Positions 61,520 through 64,000 of a stretch of 64,000 nucleotides of DNA are shown piece after piece. Where the stretch lies: assembly GCF_026571515.1 (NCBI RefSeq), contig NW_026859100.1, positions 62,001 to 126,000 on the forward strand, read 5' to 3'. Every line of letters starts with the position of its first letter. Position 1 is the first letter of the stretch. This DNA is from Ruditapes philippinarum (lineage: Eukaryota). Below the pieces are notes generated by a model that saw only the letters and a list, made by a program, of their open reading frames with translations, did not search any database and was not told where the DNA came from. A program made the translations under genes and the position numbers.

Positions 61520-64000
61520 CAGTTGCTTTTGCTGAATCAATTTGTTACTCAGAATAATCAATTTGTTAATATGTAGAATCAAAAAGTTACTCAGTAGAAA
61601 TTGGTAAATCTGCCTCAGCAGAATCAAATGATTACCCAGCAGAATAAAACGGTCACTCATCAGAACCAATAGATTTCTTTGTCTCAGTAGGATCAAATGG
61701 TAACTCAGCAGAAAAGAATGGTTAAATCTGCAGAATAACCTTTTGATTCTGCAGAATAACCATTTGATTCTTCAGAATAACTATTTGATTCTGCAGAATA
61801 ACCATTTGATTCTGCAGAATAAGCAATTGACTCTGCAAAATAACCATTTGATTCTGACAATTAGCCTTTTGGTTCTCCGGAATACAATTATGGTTCTTCA
61901 GATTAACCAAACCTATTCTGCAGGGTATTGATCTTACAGAGTAACCTTTGATTGTGCAGAATAAACTATGGATTCTGATGAATTACCATTTCATTTGATT
62001 TTGCTTAGTTACCAGCAGTATCAAATGGTTACTTAGCAGAATCAAATCGAATAGTTACTCAGATTAAACAAATGGTTACTCAGCAAAATCAAATGGTTAT
62101 TGAGCGAAATCAAATGGTTACTCAGCGGAATCAAATGGTTACTCAGCAGAATCAAATGGTTACTCAAGAAAATCAAATGATTACTCATTTGGTTACTTAG
62201 CAAAACCAATTCAAATGGTTCCTCAGCAGAATCAATTGGTAACTTAGCAGAATCAAATGGTTACTCAGCAGGATCAATTGATTACTCAGCAAAATCAAAT
62301 AGTTACTTAGCAGAATTAGTTCGTTACCCAGCAAAATCAAATAATTATTCAGTAGGATCAAATGGTTACTCAACAAAATCAAATGGTTACTCAGCAGAAA
62401 TAAATGGTTACAAAACAAAATCAAATGACAACTCCGCAGAATCAAATGGTAACTCGGCAGAATGAAATGATTCTTCAGCAGAACCAAATAGTTACTCAGC
62501 AGAATAAATTGGCTACTCAGCAGAAACAAATGATCCCTCAGTAGAATCAGTAGTTTATTTTGCATAATCTAAAGGTTAGTCCGTAATATCAGTAAGTAAA
62601 CCTGCAGAAGCAGTAGGTTACTCTAATGACTATTTGGTTAATCTGAAGAACCATTATTTTATTCTGGAGGTTACTTGGTAGAATCAAATGCTTATATTGC
62701 AGAATCATTATATTACTCAGTAAAATCAAAGGTTACTATTCTAAATCAGTCGGTTACACCCTGTGGAATCAATGGGTCATGTTGTTATGTTGCTCTTCAA
62801 AGCAATTGATTACTCTGCAGAAACAATATGTTACGTATAAGAATCAATTGATTACTTTGAAAACCAGTAGATAAATAAGTCTGCAGAATCCATTGGTTAT
62901 TCTGGAAAACCTCTATGTAACTGCAAAGAAATTCCATGTTACTGTGAAGAACCTCAATGCTACTGTGAATAAACACTATGTTATTCTGAGGAACCACTAT
63001 GTTATTCTGAGGAACCACTATGTTACTGTGAAGAACCACTATGTTACTGTGAAGAACCACTTTGTTACTGTGAAGAACCACTATGTTACTGTGAAGAACC
63101 ACTATGTTACTGTGAAGAACCACTATATTACTGTGAAGAACCACTATGTTACTGTGAAGAACCACTATGTTACTGTGAAGAACCACTATGTAACTGTGAA
63201 GAAATCAATATGTTACTGTGAAGAACCACTATGTTTACTAAGTGAAGAACCACTATGTTACTGTGAAGAACCACTATATTACTGTGAAGAACCACTATGT
63301 TACTGTGAAGAACCACTATGTTACTGTGAAGAACCAATATGTTACCGTGAAGAAACCAGTATGTTTCTGTGAAGAACCAATATGTTACTGTGAAGAACCA
63401 CTATATTACTGTGAAGAACCAATATTTTACTGTGAAGAACCACTATATTACTGTGAAGAACCAATATGTTACTGTGAAGAACCACTATTTTACTGTGAAG
63501 AACCACTATGTTTACTGTGAAGAACAAATATGTTATTCTGAAGAACCAATATGTTTACTGTGAAGAACCAATATGTTACTGTGAAGAACCAATATGTTAC
63601 CGTGAAGAACCACTATGTTACTGTGAAGAACCAATATGTTACTCTGAAGAACCAATATGTTACTGAGAAGAACCAATATGTTACTGCAAAGAACCACTAT
63701 GTTACTGTGAAGAACTAATATGTTATTCTGAAGAATCAATATGTTACTGTGAAGAACCAATATGTTACTGTGAAGAACCAATATGTTACTGTGAAGAACC
63801 ACTATGTTACTGTGAAGAACCAATATGTTATTCTGAAGAACCAATATGTTACTGTGAAGAACCAATATGTTACTGCAAAGAACCACTATGTTACTGTGAA
63901 AAAAACCACTATGTCACTGTGAAGAACCACTATGTTACTGTGAAGAACCACTATGTTACTGCAAAGAACCACTATGTTACTGTGAAGAACCAATATGTTA
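61520..64000. repeat. 21-bp minisatellite: degenerate AATCAAATGGTTACTCAGCAG units grading into homogeneous GAAGAACCA[C/A]TATGTTACTGT units; runs off the window end
   Basis: 21-bp periodicity throughout; the block at ~61728-62013 is in reverse orientation. Confidence 0.9.

Noticed and set aside
61508-63886. ORFs with KNHYVTV, CEEPLCY, VVLHSNI or LILLSNH repeats
   Set aside because: By-products of a 21-bp minisatellite: frequent non-triplet indels and stops, an inverted block, and no leader or splice support.
58228-64000. Common origin of the 21-nt Met-gene repeat and the neighbouring 21-bp satellite
   Set aside because: The best by-eye register gives only ~11/21 identity (shared AATGG-TA core), which is not convincing in AT-rich sequence; the equal period may be coincidence.

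Overview
AT-rich eukaryotic genomic DNA, most likely a bivalve mollusc (inferred from the repeat landscape of HINE/Helentron-like elements, TTAA-type MITEs and tRNA-SINEs, and from gene content). I reconstructed four spliced protein-coding genes by hand, most of whose exons are missing or fragmented in the ORF track. (1) The last two coding exons of MALSU1 (+, 163-1943). (2) A complete 7-exon CTD small phosphatase (CTDSP1/2/L family; +, 9684-36209, 265 aa). (3) A 3-exon secreted protein joining a PAN/Apple-like domain to a Link (Xlink, hyaluronan-binding-type) module (-, 46842-50206, 205 aa). (4) A secreted ~699-aa protein that is roughly half methionine, built of MMPMD(M/N)K repeats (+, 57845-60236), a candidate hinge-ligament or shell-matrix protein. 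The most unusual structure is inside the phosphatase gene. The 3' splice site plus first 51 nt of exon 6 has been amplified into an 80/81-bp tandem array: 24 stop-terminated decoy copies precede the one complete exon, and a 2.75-kb TTAA-target transposon with ~527-bp TIRs interrupts the array. Two, possibly three, other splice junctions of the same gene also carry smaller tandem copies. The window ends in a 21-bp minisatellite that shows a sequence gradient and an internal inversion. No database searches were run; family calls rest on motif recognition.
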